DNA of 64,000 nucleotides from contig JANHCV010000011.1 of the NCBI GenBank assembly GCA_025594325.1, positions 310,001 through 374,000 of the forward strand, in the 5' to 3' direction. This DNA is from Blastocladiella emersonii ATCC 22665 (lineage: Eukaryota; Fungi; Blastocladiomycota). The position numbers and the translations under genes are program-made. This document shows positions 22,958 to 35,571 of this stretch, one piece after another. Numbering within the stretch: the stretch's first letter is position 1; the number at the start of each line of letters is the position of its first letter. The notes under the pieces are model-generated. The model worked only from the letters and a program-made list of their open reading frames with translations. It searched no databases and was not told the origin of the DNA.

Positions 22958-23971
22958 GGTGTGGTGAGTGTGCTTGCTTGAAGTGTGACAGGAGTAGAGA
23001 GGTGGAGAAGCAGTCGGTGGCGAGCAAGGGGTCGGGCGCGGGCACAGACGCGCTCCGCCCGGAAGCGACGCGTGAGAGCGAAGCCGCGCGTGGCGTGGGA
23101 GACACGGTGCGAGACATCACGTGTCGGGCTGAAACGCGACGGCGCGGCGCGCATGTTCGCGCAGCCGTGCGTCACGGTGCGTCACGGTGCGCCATGACGA
23201 TCGGCCGACGTCGAATTCGGGGACCCGAGGATAAGGTTTTGCGCGCCGCGGGTGGTCGCTCGCTGCTGCTGCTGGCCGCCGGGTTCCTGCCCTTGTCCAT
23301 GGTCCCTTCCACCGGCGCGGCGCACAGCAGCGGCCGCGGCGGCGGGACACAGCTTCCCTTTTCCGACCCGAACGCTCTCTCTCTCCGATCCCTTCACCTT
23401 CCTCCCTGACCCTCGCACTCTCCGCACTTGTGATTCGCGCTGTGATCGTTCCGCCTCGCGTCGTGGCACCAGCACCCGTCGTCCTTCACGCGCGACCGAC
23501 CTCCCGCGGCCGACCTCCACCTCGCCGCGTGCGGAAATCCCTCACCGTGCGTTGCGTGTGGGAACCGCGTCTCCCTCATCATCCCCATCGTCGTCGCGGT
23601 CGCCGAGCCGCCAGCAGCCGCCGCTCCGCGCTCGCCGACGCGGGCCGGCCTCGAATTCGCGTTCCTCGGGCTGCCTGCGCGATCGGGCCCACGCTGCCGC
23701 GCTGCCCCCGCTGCCTGCCGGGATCCCGATCACGCACTCCGCGCCCTCGCCGTCGCCGTCGTGGCGCTCGCCCTCTCGCGGCCTCGGTCTCGCTCATTGT
23801 TCGCGCAGCAGTCCGCGCTTCCCGCCGTGGCGCGCCTCGTTTCTTGTTCCACGACGCGACCAGCCTCGTCCCTGGCCGCCGCTGCTTCCCACGTCACTCT
23901 TCTCCTCGCGGCTCGTCGCTGCAGCTCTCCCTACCCCCACCTCGCTCCTTGCAAATTGAACCGCCAGCGCG

Positions 23972-26900
23972 ATGCCGTGGTCGTCCATCTTCTCGCGCCC
24001 GCGCCGCGGCAGCGAGCCGCCGCCGCCGCCGCGCCGCACCTCGCTGTTCCGCACCGTGTCGGTCGAGCACAACGGGATCGCCGCCGGCCTGCGCTCGCAC
24101 CTCGGCAACGCTAGCGATGCCGACGCCGACGTCGATGCTGACTCGGACTCGGACTCGGACGACAACCGGCCGCTCGGTTCGGTCGTCTCGTCGTCATCAA
24201 GCGCGCCATCACACGGCGCGCGCATCTCGCTGTCGCAGATCCTGGCGTCGCCGACGCTGACGCGCCAGTTCCAGACGTACCTGGTGCGCGTCCACGCCGA
24301 GGAGAACCTGCACTTCCTGCTGCGCCTGCGCGAGGTGTGTGCCGCGCACGCGGGCGCCGGCGTGGGGGCGTGGGACCCGCGGCTCGCACACCGCGACGCG
24401 CGCGCCCTCGTCGACGAGTTCTTCACCCACAAGTCGCCGCTCGAGCTCAACGTGCCCGCCGCGATGCGCCGACGGCTCCTCGTCGCCCTGCGCGCGCGGC
24501 AGCGGCTCATCTTTGGCGCGCCGCCCGCAACGGGTGCGGCGCCGGCGACTGGGACCGCGACCATGGTCCCCTCGCCGACGCGCCGGTCGGCCGGCAGTGG
24601 CAACCCGCCGCTGCAGTCCGGCTGGGTGCCGAAACGCATCTCGTCGGCGTCCGGCGCCGCCGCGTCGCACCTGCCGTCGCCGCCGCTCTCGTCGCCCGCC
24701 ATGTCGCCCGTCACCTCGCCCAACGTGTCCCTGGGGTCGTCCCCGCGGCGCTCCTTTTCGCCGCTCTCCCCGGCGCCCTCGCCCGCAGCGTCGCCCGCGA
24801 TCCCCGTGCTCCCGACGATCCCGGGCTCGCCGACGCCCTCGCACGCGTCCGTTTCGACCGTTGTCGCTCCCACAACGTCGCACCCATCGATGGCCGTCAT
24901 CGCACCGTTCCTCGGCGGCACCCCGCCGCCGCTGCTCCCGCTCTACACTTCCTCGCGCGCCGCGTCGCCCAACCCGCCGCTCGTCCCCATCGCGCTGCGG
25001 TCCGTCGGGTCCGTCGACTTTGACGACTACCGCGCCGTCAACGCCGTGCCTGACTCGCTGCGTAGCTCGCCCACCGTGTCGCCGCCGCGCCAGCAGCACC
25101 ACCACGGGAGCCGTCGCGGGCGGCCGCGCGGGTACAGTGTTGCCAGCGAGGAGGAGGACGAGCTCAGCGACGCCGACTCGCTCGAGCTGTTCGCCGGCGA
25201 CGAGATGATTGGCGGGAACACCAGCAGCAGTAGCGGGCCCGACCTCGACGAGGACGAGGAGGGAGACGACGAGTACGACGAGGTCGCGGCCGAAACCACG
25301 CTCGGGTCCGTCGACCAGCACCGCAAGCGCGTCGCGACGCCGTCGCTGCGCAGCGTCGATGCGACCGTGTCCTCGAGCGCGGCCTACTTTGCCGCCTTCG
25401 TCGAGGTCGAGAACCACGTCGCTGACCTCCTCGTCCCGCAGCTCAAGACGTTTGTCTCGATCGCCGACCAGACGTACGCTTCTCTACCCGGACCCTCACA
25501 CAACATCGACTAACCCCCCCCCCCCTCCACTCCGTAGCCTGGCGACGATCCCGCGCGTCCCGCAGCGCAACCAGAAGCGTGTGGTGATCATCGGCGGCGG
25601 CTTCTGCGGCTCCCTCCTCGCGCGGATCCTGGACCCCATGGACCGTTTCCAGGTGTGCCTGATCGACACCAAGCCGTACTTCGAGTACACGGCGGCCATC
25701 GTGCGGGTGATCCCGGACCCGACGGCGGACGTCGTCACGTTCCCGCACGCGAGCTACATCCGGCACGGCCAGCTCGTGCTCGGGTACGTTGACGCGGTGG
25801 CGCGCGACCACGTCGTGCTGCAGGGTGCGGGCGACACGACGCGGATCCCGTTCGACTACTGTGTCCTGGCGACCGGGTCGGCCTACGCGTCGTCCATCAA
25901 GGCCGCCAATATCTCCTCGACGTACCGCGCCCGCAAGCTCAAGTACGACTACACCAAGCTCGCCAAGGCGCGCACCGTGCTCGTGATCGGCGGCGGGTCC
26001 GTCGGCGTCGAGATCGCCGCCGAGATCGCGTCCGTGTTCGGGACCAAGTCGCACAAGCCCAAGGCGCTCACGGGCGCCGCGCAGCGCGCCGCCGAGCGCG
26101 CGGCTGCCTCGGCCTCCTCCGACGCCGGCGAGAAGCCCACGGCGGCGGGCGACGCCGACGGCAACGGCGCCGCCCAGCCGCGCGCGAAACGCGTGATCCT
26201 GGTCGACGCGCACACGTCGCTGCTACGCCGCTGCCCCGCGCGCGCGGGCGCCAAGACGCTCGCGTACCTGCGCGACGAGCTCGGCGTCGAGGTGGTGCTG
26301 GGCGAACGCATCGTGTTCCACGACGAGCGCAACCGCATCTTCCGCGCGCGGTCCGGCCGCGTGTTCCGCGCCGACGCCGTCTACCTCGCCACGGGCCCGA
26401 TCCCGCAGACCAAGTGCATGGAGCCGTATTTCGGGCATCTCCTGACCCCGCCGCTCGTCGCGGGGGCGGCGGCGCCGGGGGTGCCTGAGAGCCCGCTCAT
26501 TGGTGCTGCGGCGGGTGGGGGGATGGATGGGAGTGGGTTTCTCGGGCTCGGCGCGACCGCGGACGAGGTCGCGGCGGTGCTTGGACCTGACCCCGTCGCG
26601 AGCGCGGCGCAGGCGGCGGGATCGGGCGGCAAGAAGTCGTCGGGCAAGAAGGACGACGACGCGGCGGCGGGCGCAGCGACGATCCCGCGCGGCCGGCGCG
26701 TGCAGGTCCTGCCCACGCACCAGCTGCCGGGCCACGGGCACATCTACATCGGCGGCGACTGCTGCTCGACGGACGAGGAGAAGCTGGCGCTGACGGCGCA
26801 GTGCGCGGCCATCACGATCGCGCGCAACATTGTCCGCGCCGAGAAGGGCAAGCCGGCGATCGCGCGCGGCGCCAAGGGCACGCGCCCGCTGATGCCCGAC

Positions 26901-27317
26901 CCGCCGATCCAGCTCATCTCGCTCGGCCGCGCGTCCGCGCTCGCCATCGTCAACGGCGCCGTGTTCCTCGGCCCGTCGTACCTCCGGTACAAGTGGGACG
27001 AGCTCAAGGCGCTCTACTTTGCGTACCTCCAGGACCAGGACCTCCCGATGCCCCGCACCCTGCGGCTCATGTGGGGCCAGCCGCCGAACCGCCTCGGCGC
27101 CGACGGCGACGGGAGCGCGGCGGCGGCCGCGGCCGCGGCGCTGTTCGGCCGCGCGTGGAAGCCCACGCAGGCCGCGCGGAGTACGTCACCCGGATCGCCA
27201 CGCCGGCCTGACTCGCCCGCGGCGGACTCGGTCGGGTCGGCGTCGTCGGCGACCGCCAACGTCGCGGAACCCGTCGCGCTCGGGCTCAGCACGCTGCTCG
27301 AGTCGCTCCGCGTCTGA
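23972..27317 (+). CDS. RGS-domain + AMID/FSP1(AIFM2)-like FAD/NAD(P)H oxidoreductase fusion, ~1093 aa, 2 exons
   Basis: RGS motifs SLSQILA..FQTYL..HAEENLHFL..EFF..SPLELNVP and FAAFVEVENHV..L..F. Intron 25474-25537 (GTACGC..GACTAAC..TAG) joins in frame to VVIIGGGFCG, VLVIGGGSVGVEIAAEIA and IYIGGDC. Confidence 0.8.
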
Positions 27318-27724
27318 CGACGTGTCCCTCCTCTCCCTTTTGCAACCCATTTCGCCCCCACTCGCTTCTCTGTATCCATTGCATTTGTACAACTAGGATT
27401 GCACCGTTGCCATCCGACTGCCGAGAGCTGCGAGGCGTGGCGCGACGCGTCGCCGTGATGTTGCCCACGCGGTCGGCACACTTGCTCCGCCACCGCCGCG
27501 AGACAGACAGGAGACAGAATCGGATCCGCCGCGAGACAGAGAGACACGCGCCGAGGCAGTCACTCCCGCGCACAGCTGCAACCAACGCTTTGCGGTCCGC
27601 GACGCTCTCCCTCTCCCTCGTCAAGTCAGATCCCCCTTCACTCTCCATGCATCACACCGTCTAAGCTCGCGCAAGCACCGTCGCTGCGCCCGTCCATGAA
27701 TCTCCCGCGGCCGCCGCCACCACC

Positions 27725-30700
27725 ATGCCAGCGACCTCCATCTCGGGCCTGTTCAAGGCCGCGGCGCTCGCGATCCTCGCCGCCCTGCGCGACCTGGTGC
27801 TCGGCTTCTTCCGCGTCGTCCTCGTCCCGCTAGCCAAGGCGATGGCCACGTTCCTGCGCACCGTCGTGTGGCAGCATGGCATCAAGGGTACGCCTCGCGG
27901 ACGCACGCACGGTCCACCCAGCTGACACCCCGCACACCAGGCGTGCTGTGGAGCATGGTCGTGCTACCGCTCGGCATCATCGGCGGCCAATTTTTCTTCC
28001 TCCTCGTCAAGGCCGTGTGGTACGGCCCGTTCCAGACGCGCCAGATCCTGTTGGATGGGATGCTCGGCGCCCCGCGCGCGTCCGTCGTCCTCAACCACCC
28101 GTTCCAGGTGTGGATCCCGACCGCCGGCTTGACGCGCGCCGCCGGTATCGTGTTCGGGGTTGGGATCGGCCTGCGCAACTACCTCGAGCTCGTCCTGACG
28201 CTCGCCCGGTGCGCGTGGTACGGGCCCGCGCCTCGCCGACTGCATAACCCCGACGGGCTGTTCGGGGAACCGCCCGCGACCGTGTACCGGCACGCCGTGT
28301 CCCCGTTCCTCGCTGCCGTCGTCGGGTGCGGCGTCGGCCTGCGCCCCGTCGCGTCGCTGCTCCTCGTCGTCCCGTCGTTCATGTTCTACGGCGTCTCGCC
28401 GACGCTCACCGCGCGCCTGCGCGTCGTCGGGTTCCGCAAGGCTGCCGAGCCGTGGCAGTCGCGCTTCGTCTCCCCCGTCCTCGGGTTCGTCCTGGGCCTC
28501 GGGTTCGGTTTTCGCCTGTACGAAGCGCTGGTCGTCGGCCTCCTCTACATCTGCACGATCCACGCGTACCTGGTCGCCCTCGGCGCGTGGCGCGGTATCT
28601 CGCCCGCGCTATACTGCGCCGACGGCTGGTTCTCCCCGCCGAACCCTGCCAAGTTCCCGTTCCACCCAGACTGCCGGTCGCGCGCCACCTCGCGCGCCGC
28701 CAAGGCCTTCGGCGCGATGCTCACGGGCGGGCTTGGCGTGCGCAACGTGCTGAACTTGGTGACCGTCGCGCTCCGCGCCGCGTACTACGGCGCTGGGTCG
28801 GCGCACCTCGCGTTCCGCGCGGTCGATTTCGGGCCGCCGGGGTACACGATGCGCACGCCGCTTGGCAAGGTGTTGGGGGTGGTCCTCGGCCTCGGCGTCG
28901 GGTGGCGGTGTCTCCTCGAGGCCCTCGCGATCGCCGCGTTCGCCGTCGCTCTCGCCGCGTGGTACACGGCGCGCGGCGCGGTCCTCGGCCCGTGGCCCGC
29001 GGTACGCATCCCGCACGGCCGCGTCTCCCCGCCGATGGCGGGGGAGGATGCGTACCCAAAGCGCGGAATGCGCGCGTTCGGGACCGCGGGTGCCGTCGTG
29101 TTCGGGCTCGTGCTCGGGTGGCGGTGGGTCGCGGACCTCGTGTCCGCCGTCGCGCTGTGCTCGTGGTACGGCGGGATCAAGTGGGCGCAGATCCGCGGCA
29201 CGCGGTCGATCCTCGGGCCGCCCGCGTCGGTTTGGGCGGACGAGCCGTACGACGCGTGGCGGCTCGCGCTGAGCGCGCCGGGGGCGTTCGTCGGGTACCG
29301 CGTGCTCGTCGACGCGGCGCTCGTCGCGGTCGTCGCGCTGTACTCGGCGGTGCTCGGCGCCGTGCTCATGTCGGCGCGCGCCGCCCGGTGGGTGTTCGGC
29401 CACGCGCGCGAGGTCGTCGTGCTGCTCGCCATGGGCGCGTGGTGGGGCGCCGTACCGCACGCCGTGTACTGCCGCGACGGCCTCCTCCCGCCGCCTGCCG
29501 TCCATGTCCCGTCGTCGAGGTGGCAGGCGAACGTGCTCGCCGTCGGCAGTGTCCTGGGTCTTGGCGTTGGCGTGCGTAACGTCCTCAACGTCCTCACGGT
29601 CGCGTTCCCCGCGCTCTGGCACGGCGCGCTACCCGCGCACGTATTCTTTCCCGACGGATACATTGCCGAGGACTTCGAGGTCGAGGAGCGGATGCGGCAG
29701 CAGGCCGACGCGGTGCTCGCGGCGGCGGCATCGCAGACGTCGGCGGCGTCGGCGCCCGCATCACCCATTCTGCCCACGTCGAGCCCGACCACCGCCTCGA
29801 GACCGTCGGCCGCGGCCGCGACCACCGCCGCCAACCAGATGAACACGCCGATCGGCCGGGTATTCGGCGCCCTCCTCGGTGTCGTCGGGCTCAAGCGCGT
29901 CGTCGACGCCGCGTACATCATCGTCGCGCGCGGCCTGTGGTACGGCGCGTGCCCGCAGTTCTTCGACCTGCCCGACTCGCCGATGCGCGACGAGATCGGC
30001 GACCCGCCGCAGTACCGGCACTGGACGGGCAACGTGCTGGGCGGGCTCGGCGGCGCCATCGTTGGCCTGCGGTGGGTGTTTTTGGCCGTGTTCGCGGCGC
30101 TCCGTGGGCTCTGGACCGGCGCCGCGCCGCGCTTCTTCCACGCCGACGAGGGCCTGCTCAAGTCGCCGTCCGGGTACTGGAAGTCGCCCGTCGCCGCCGT
30201 TGTGTTCGGGACGGCCGGCGCGTGGATCGGCGTGCGCGCGGTGCTCAACGCCGTGACCCTCGTCCCGTTCGCCGTCTGGTACGGCGTCCTGCGCAAGGAG
30301 ACGGCGCTCCCGCACAGCGTGCTGGGGAGTGCGAAGCGCGAGCTGCGGTCGCCGCTTGGCATGGCCATGGGCCTCGTTTTGGGGGTGGGACTCGGGCTGC
30401 GCACGTACATCGACCTCGCGTTCCTGATCCTCGCCGGTGCGTGGTACGGCGCCGCGCCCAAAGTGTTCACGATGCACGACTGCCCGCTCAAACCGTTCGA
30501 CCGCGACCTGCCCACCGTCGTGCGCGCGCTCGGCGCCGTGTTCGGGCTCGTCGTCGGCGTCCGCCAGGTCCTCGTGTTCCTCGTGTTCCAGATCCCCTTC
30601 GCCGCGTGGTACGGGCCCGCGCCCGAGGTCCTGTGTCTGCCGCCCTCGGTCACCGTGTTCCGCAGCGCCATGATCCGGCCGCCGACGCGCCTCGCGACGC

Positions 30701-32274
30701 GGTTTCTGGGGTTCGTGTTCGGCGCCGGGATCGGCGCGCGCCTCGTGTGCGACCTCCTCGCCGCGGGCATCGGCGGCGCCATCTTCGGGTTCGCCGGGTA
30801 CGTCGTGCGGTCCGGGCAGACGCCGCCGCGCGCGGACCCGGCGGCCGGCGCGCCGCTGTTCATCCGCGTGGTGCGGTCCGTCATGGCCGCCGCGCTCCTC
30901 GGCGGGATCGGGTACGGCGCGCCGTACTCGTTCGCGTTCCTGCGACACACGTCGGCGCCCGTCGTGGGCGCGTGCGTTGGCGCCGCGCTCGGGGTCGCGG
31001 GGATCCAAAACGTACTCAACCTTGCGTTCTACCTCCGCGTCCTCGAGATCGTGCGCGACGTGGTTTTGGTCGTGATCGGCGCCGCGCTCTACGTGCCCAT
31101 CTACGTCGCGGTGCTCCTGTTCACGCACCAGGCGCGGTGCGCGTTCAAGGTCGCGCGGTACGTCGCCGCCGACCGCTTGTTCCCGCAGCGGCACCGCAGT
31201 GTCGCGGTGCGGTCGGCGGCGAGCATCATCGTGACGTGGGGCGCCGCGGCGGGTGTCGGCGTCGCGATCGCGCGCGGGCTTCCGGGCGCTACGACCCTCA
31301 TCATCATCGCAGCGGCCGTGGGCACCGCGCTCGTCGTCAACCTCGTCTCGGTCATCGTGCTCCGCGTCTACAGCCGCACCATGTTCCGCATCGGCGGGTG
31401 GCCGATCGCCGAGACGACCGTGCTCGAGCGCGACGAGGTCGCGGCGCTCAACCGCCACTTCTACCACGCGATCCGCCAGGCCAAGCTCGGGCTGCGGTCC
31501 GACCCCGTCGGCGCGATGCGGTTCTATATCCGCGATTTCGGGCTCATCTCGCCCGACGAGCGCAAGCTCAAGGTCATGTACGAGCTGTTCCTCGACGCTG
31601 CCGTCGAGGTGTCGGACGGCCGGCCCGTGCGCCAGGTCATTCGGCGGCCGGCCGGGCAGCAGATGACCGAGGCGGAAGCACGACCTGACAACAACGGAGC
31701 GGTACGCAGCGAAGCACAGCTCCCGGGGTACAACTCACAACAACCGGCCTCGCAGGAACCGGACACGGTGCCGCCCGAGTCGATCCCGCTCGCGCCGTCT
31801 CCGACCGTCGAAGCGCCGCTGCCAGCAACCGAGGTGCTCCCCGGAACGGCCAGCACGGAAGCGGGCGGTACGCTGTCGCCGCCCGCGATCCCCGGCTCGT
31901 CGCTGCTCCTCCCGCGCACCCCGCCGCCGCCCTTCGACGCGTCGTCGTCGCTGCAGCCGCCGCGGTCCGACCTGCTCGAGGAGACGCCGCAGTACGGCGA
32001 GCTCAGCGCGGTCGCGATCCAGACGCTCGACGAGGCCACGTCCGAGGGGTCCTTCGCGGTGCGCGAGATCGTGCACGTCCGTGCCGCGGCGCCACCACCC
32101 GGCCCGGAGGCAGGTGCGAGCGCCGACCAGCTAGGCCCGAGCACGACGGTGCCTGACCGGGTCGTCCTCGTGGTCCACTTTGCGGACAACACGGATATGG
32201 CGATGCTCGCGCGCGGGTTCAAGCCCAGGTCGCTGGCTATTGTGCGGCATCCTGTCGTCGTTGTGCACGAGTAG
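27725..32274 (+). CDS. Large multi-pass membrane protein (~1498 aa) built from ~14 WYG / glycine-zipper repeats; unknown family
   Basis: Exon 27725-27887, intron 27888-27940, then a long exon. Recurrent W(Y)G..GxxxGxGxGxR + hydrophobic helix units; Pro/Ser-rich C-terminal tail. Confidence 0.8.
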
Positions 32275-33317
32275 ACGGGCAGAGCATAAATCATTTTTGA
32301 TCCTCTTGTATTCATGTTTTGTGTGCGGGCGAGAGGGCAGCGGTGAGGCGCGGGGTGAAAATTTCCCAAGTCCCTCGAGCCCACAGCAACGGGGTCACCT
32401 GAGCGCGGGTGACCTCGCACACACGCTGAGCCACTGCCCGTGCGCGCGCTCCGCCCCGGTCCCTGCCGCCGTGCCGCCCGCTGCGGGGGAGGGAGTATAT
32501 AAGCCTGCGCGCCCTCGCCCTCCAGTTTTGCTCACCATCGACTTTACTCTTAGGATCTTGTATCTAGGAGATATCTACCTTGTGTTTCTCACACAAGACA
32601 CCATACGAACGCTGGACGACGATGCATGGATTCGGCTCCGAAAAGGGAGGCGGGCACGCCTGCGGGCGCCCTCGTGCGCTCGCCGTGCCATCGAGGATCT
32701 TGGCCGCCCTCCCATTCCTTGGGCGCGCCGTGGAGCCGAATCGTTCTGACAGCGCTATGTTGCTACTTTGGCCCTCTTGTCCGTGTCCTGCCCCGTCAGC
32801 GACTGCGTTGCTACTTTGGCTCTGCTCCTTCCACGAACTAGCTGCGAGTCCTTGCCAAGCGTCGCCCGAAACGGCCAATTTCTCTGGCCGTCTGCCGTTG
32901 TCGTTCGTGCATGTTGCTCGTCTCATCGCTTGTCCTCCGAGCACTTTCATAACGGCCCTTGACGGAAATCTCGGCACCGTACGGCCTCGCACGATGGGGC
33001 GTTGTCCTCGCCGTAGTCCTCGCGGCGACCCCGTCGACCACGGCGAAGCCCATGAGTTGGCCGGCATCGCGTCCCGTCCCGCGGCTGATCTCGGCGCCGT
33101 CCGACTCCTGGCGCTTTCGTCCAGCTTTTAAAAGAGAAGACTCCGAGAGAGGAGCGTTCTTGGCAGCTGAGGGAGTTGAGTCGAAGGCGCGTCGGTCGCA
33201 ACGGTGAGTGTTCGACGCGTCGCTCTCGCTGCGTGGCGTCGGCTTCGCTCCCTCCCTCTCCCCCTCTTCAAAAGCAGCCCTCGCTCCGTCAGCCCATGCA
33301 TCCGCCCGCACGCAACC

Positions 33318-35571
33318 ATGTCATCAACACCATCCAGTAACCGCATCACCGTCGAGGCCGCCGCGCACCCGGTCCGCCGCGTCACCGTCTACTCGGACCG
33401 CGCCGAAGTGTCGCGCGACGTGCGCGGCGTCAAGGTCGCCCGCAACGGCACCACCGACGTCTGGCTGCGCGGCGTCACCACGGGGCTCGACCAGGACACG
33501 CTGCGGTACGCCCGACTACTTGCACACAAAGCGTCGCCGCGTTGGCTCACATTCCCGCCACCGCTAGAGTTGAGATCGCGCGCGGCCGCGCCCTCATCGC
33601 CGACGTGCGCGCCGAGTGCGAGGTCGAGCTCGTCCGCGCCGCCGCCAACGGCGTGCAGGAGCAGGTGCCCGAGTCGGAGCTCGACGCGCAGACGGCCGCC
33701 CGCGACGCCCGCATCAAGGCCCGTAAGGCCGAGCTCGAGTCGCTCACCGAGGCCGTCGAGGACCTGCGCGAGGACCTGGCGATTGCCACGGACCGCCTCG
33801 CCCTCGCCGACGCGTTTGCCGCGCGCGCCGCCAAGGACCAGACCCCGTTCTTGTCCGCTTCGGGCCCGCTCGAGGCCGCCGCGACGTCCTTCTTTGGCAC
33901 CTTCTCGGGCGACTACGGCAAGGCGGCTGCGTCGCTCGGCGCATCCCGCGTGCGCCTCGAGCGCGCGATTGCCGACCACGACGCGCGCATCGACGCGCTG
34001 CGCGACGCCATCGCGGCCGAGGAGTACCGCCCCAACTCCGACGCGGACGCGGCCCACCGCACCATCCAGTACATCAAGGTCGCCCTCGAGGGGCCCGGCG
34101 ATGCCGAGGCCAAGGACGGTGACAAGGAGGTCGAGGTGGACCTCGTTGTGACCTACGGTACTACTTCTCCCCCAGCGCTGATCTCGCGCGATTGCTGACC
34201 TCCGCCCCTATGAATCTAGTCGTGCGCAACGCGTCGTGGGCCCCGCGCTATGATATGCGCGTGTACTCGGCCGACTCACTCGTCCGCCTCACCTACGCCG
34301 CCACGCTAAAGCAGTCGACGACCGAGGCGTGGAACAACGTCGAGCTGACGCTGTCGACGGCCTCGGTCGCCGCCATTGACCACACGCTACCCAAGTTTGC
34401 GTCCGCGTGGGTCGTCGACGAGTACCGCCCGCCGCCCCCGCCTCCGCCGATGATGGGTTACGCCATGGCGATGTGCCCGGCTCCAGTGATGGCGCGCAGT
34501 GCGGCTCCCGCTCCTCGAATGTATGGCGCGCCGCCGCCGGCTCCGCTCCTCAAGTCGGCCCGCGTGCAGTCGGCGCCGCGCGCGCCCCCGCCGAAGCCGC
34601 AGCTGCCGCAGGCTGCCGTGACGTCGGGCATGACGGCGACGTCGTACCGCATCCCGTCAGCCGCCACGATCCCGTCCGACGGCGAGGACCACCGCGTCAC
34701 GGTCGCGGTGCTCGACCTCCCGCTCACCATGGCGCGCGAGGCCGCGCCCAAGCTGTCGACCAAGGTGTACCTCACGGGCAAGGCCGAGAACGCGTCCGCG
34801 TACACGCTGCTGCCCGGCTCCGCCAACGTGTTCCTCGACGGGTCGTTCATCGCCAAGTCCGAGTGCGGGCTCGTCCTGCCGAGCGGCACCCTCAGCCTCG
34901 CGCTCGGCGTCGACCCGACCATCGAGGTCTCGCTCAAGCCCGTCGAGAAGGTGACCGAGGTCGGCGCGGCTAAGAAGACGGGCATCGCCATGTTCACGGG
35001 CGGCGGCTCGAGCAACAGCGCGGCGGCGCCCGCGCCTGGCGGCACCTCGATTGTTCACACGCAGCGCATCGTTGTGACCAACCGGCGCGCTGCTCCACCC
35101 GCGAATGCGGCGGCTGGCGAGTCGGCGGCAACGACGGCCGTGGTTCCGGAGCCGCCCGTCATCGTCAAGCTCGCGCACCAGATCCCGTCCTCGACGCACC
35201 AGGAGATTGCCGTGGTCCTGCTCGAGCCCGACGAGAAGGCGGTCGTCGTGCGCGCGAGCAAGCACGACACGGCGGGTTCGGGTGCCGACGCGCAGCCGCC
35301 GTCGCTCACGCGCATCGGGACGGCGACCAAGCGCAGCCGCGAGTCCGTCTTCTTTGGCGGCGCGAAAAGGGACAAGGCCGGCGGCAGCAAGTCGGGCTCG
35401 CTCAGCGACCTCGCGGCGGCGGCGCTCGACCGGGTGCCGGTGCTGACGCGCGACACGGGCGTGCTCGAGTGGGAGCTCGGGCTCGCCGGCGGCCAGACGC
35501 GCGAGCTCGTGTGCAAGTTCGCCGTCGTGTACCCCAAGGACGTCAAGGTCGACGGGCTCAACCGCGCGTGA
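33318..35571 (+). CDS. DUF4140/DUF4139 (MuiA-like) family protein, 3 exons
   Basis: Introns 33506-33567 and 34158-34219 restore frame. VTVYSDRAEV.R, coiled coil, NASWAPRYDMRV, QSTTEAWNNVELTLSTA, TIPSDGEDHRVTV, LLPGSANVFLDGSFI, LGVDPTIEV, GVLEWEL. Confidence 0.85.

Noticed and set aside
32496-33131. TATA-like motif plus a 183-aa ORF with a short 14-bp direct repeat
   Set aside because: Atypical codon usage and no motif; may be only upstream sequence of the DUF4139 gene.
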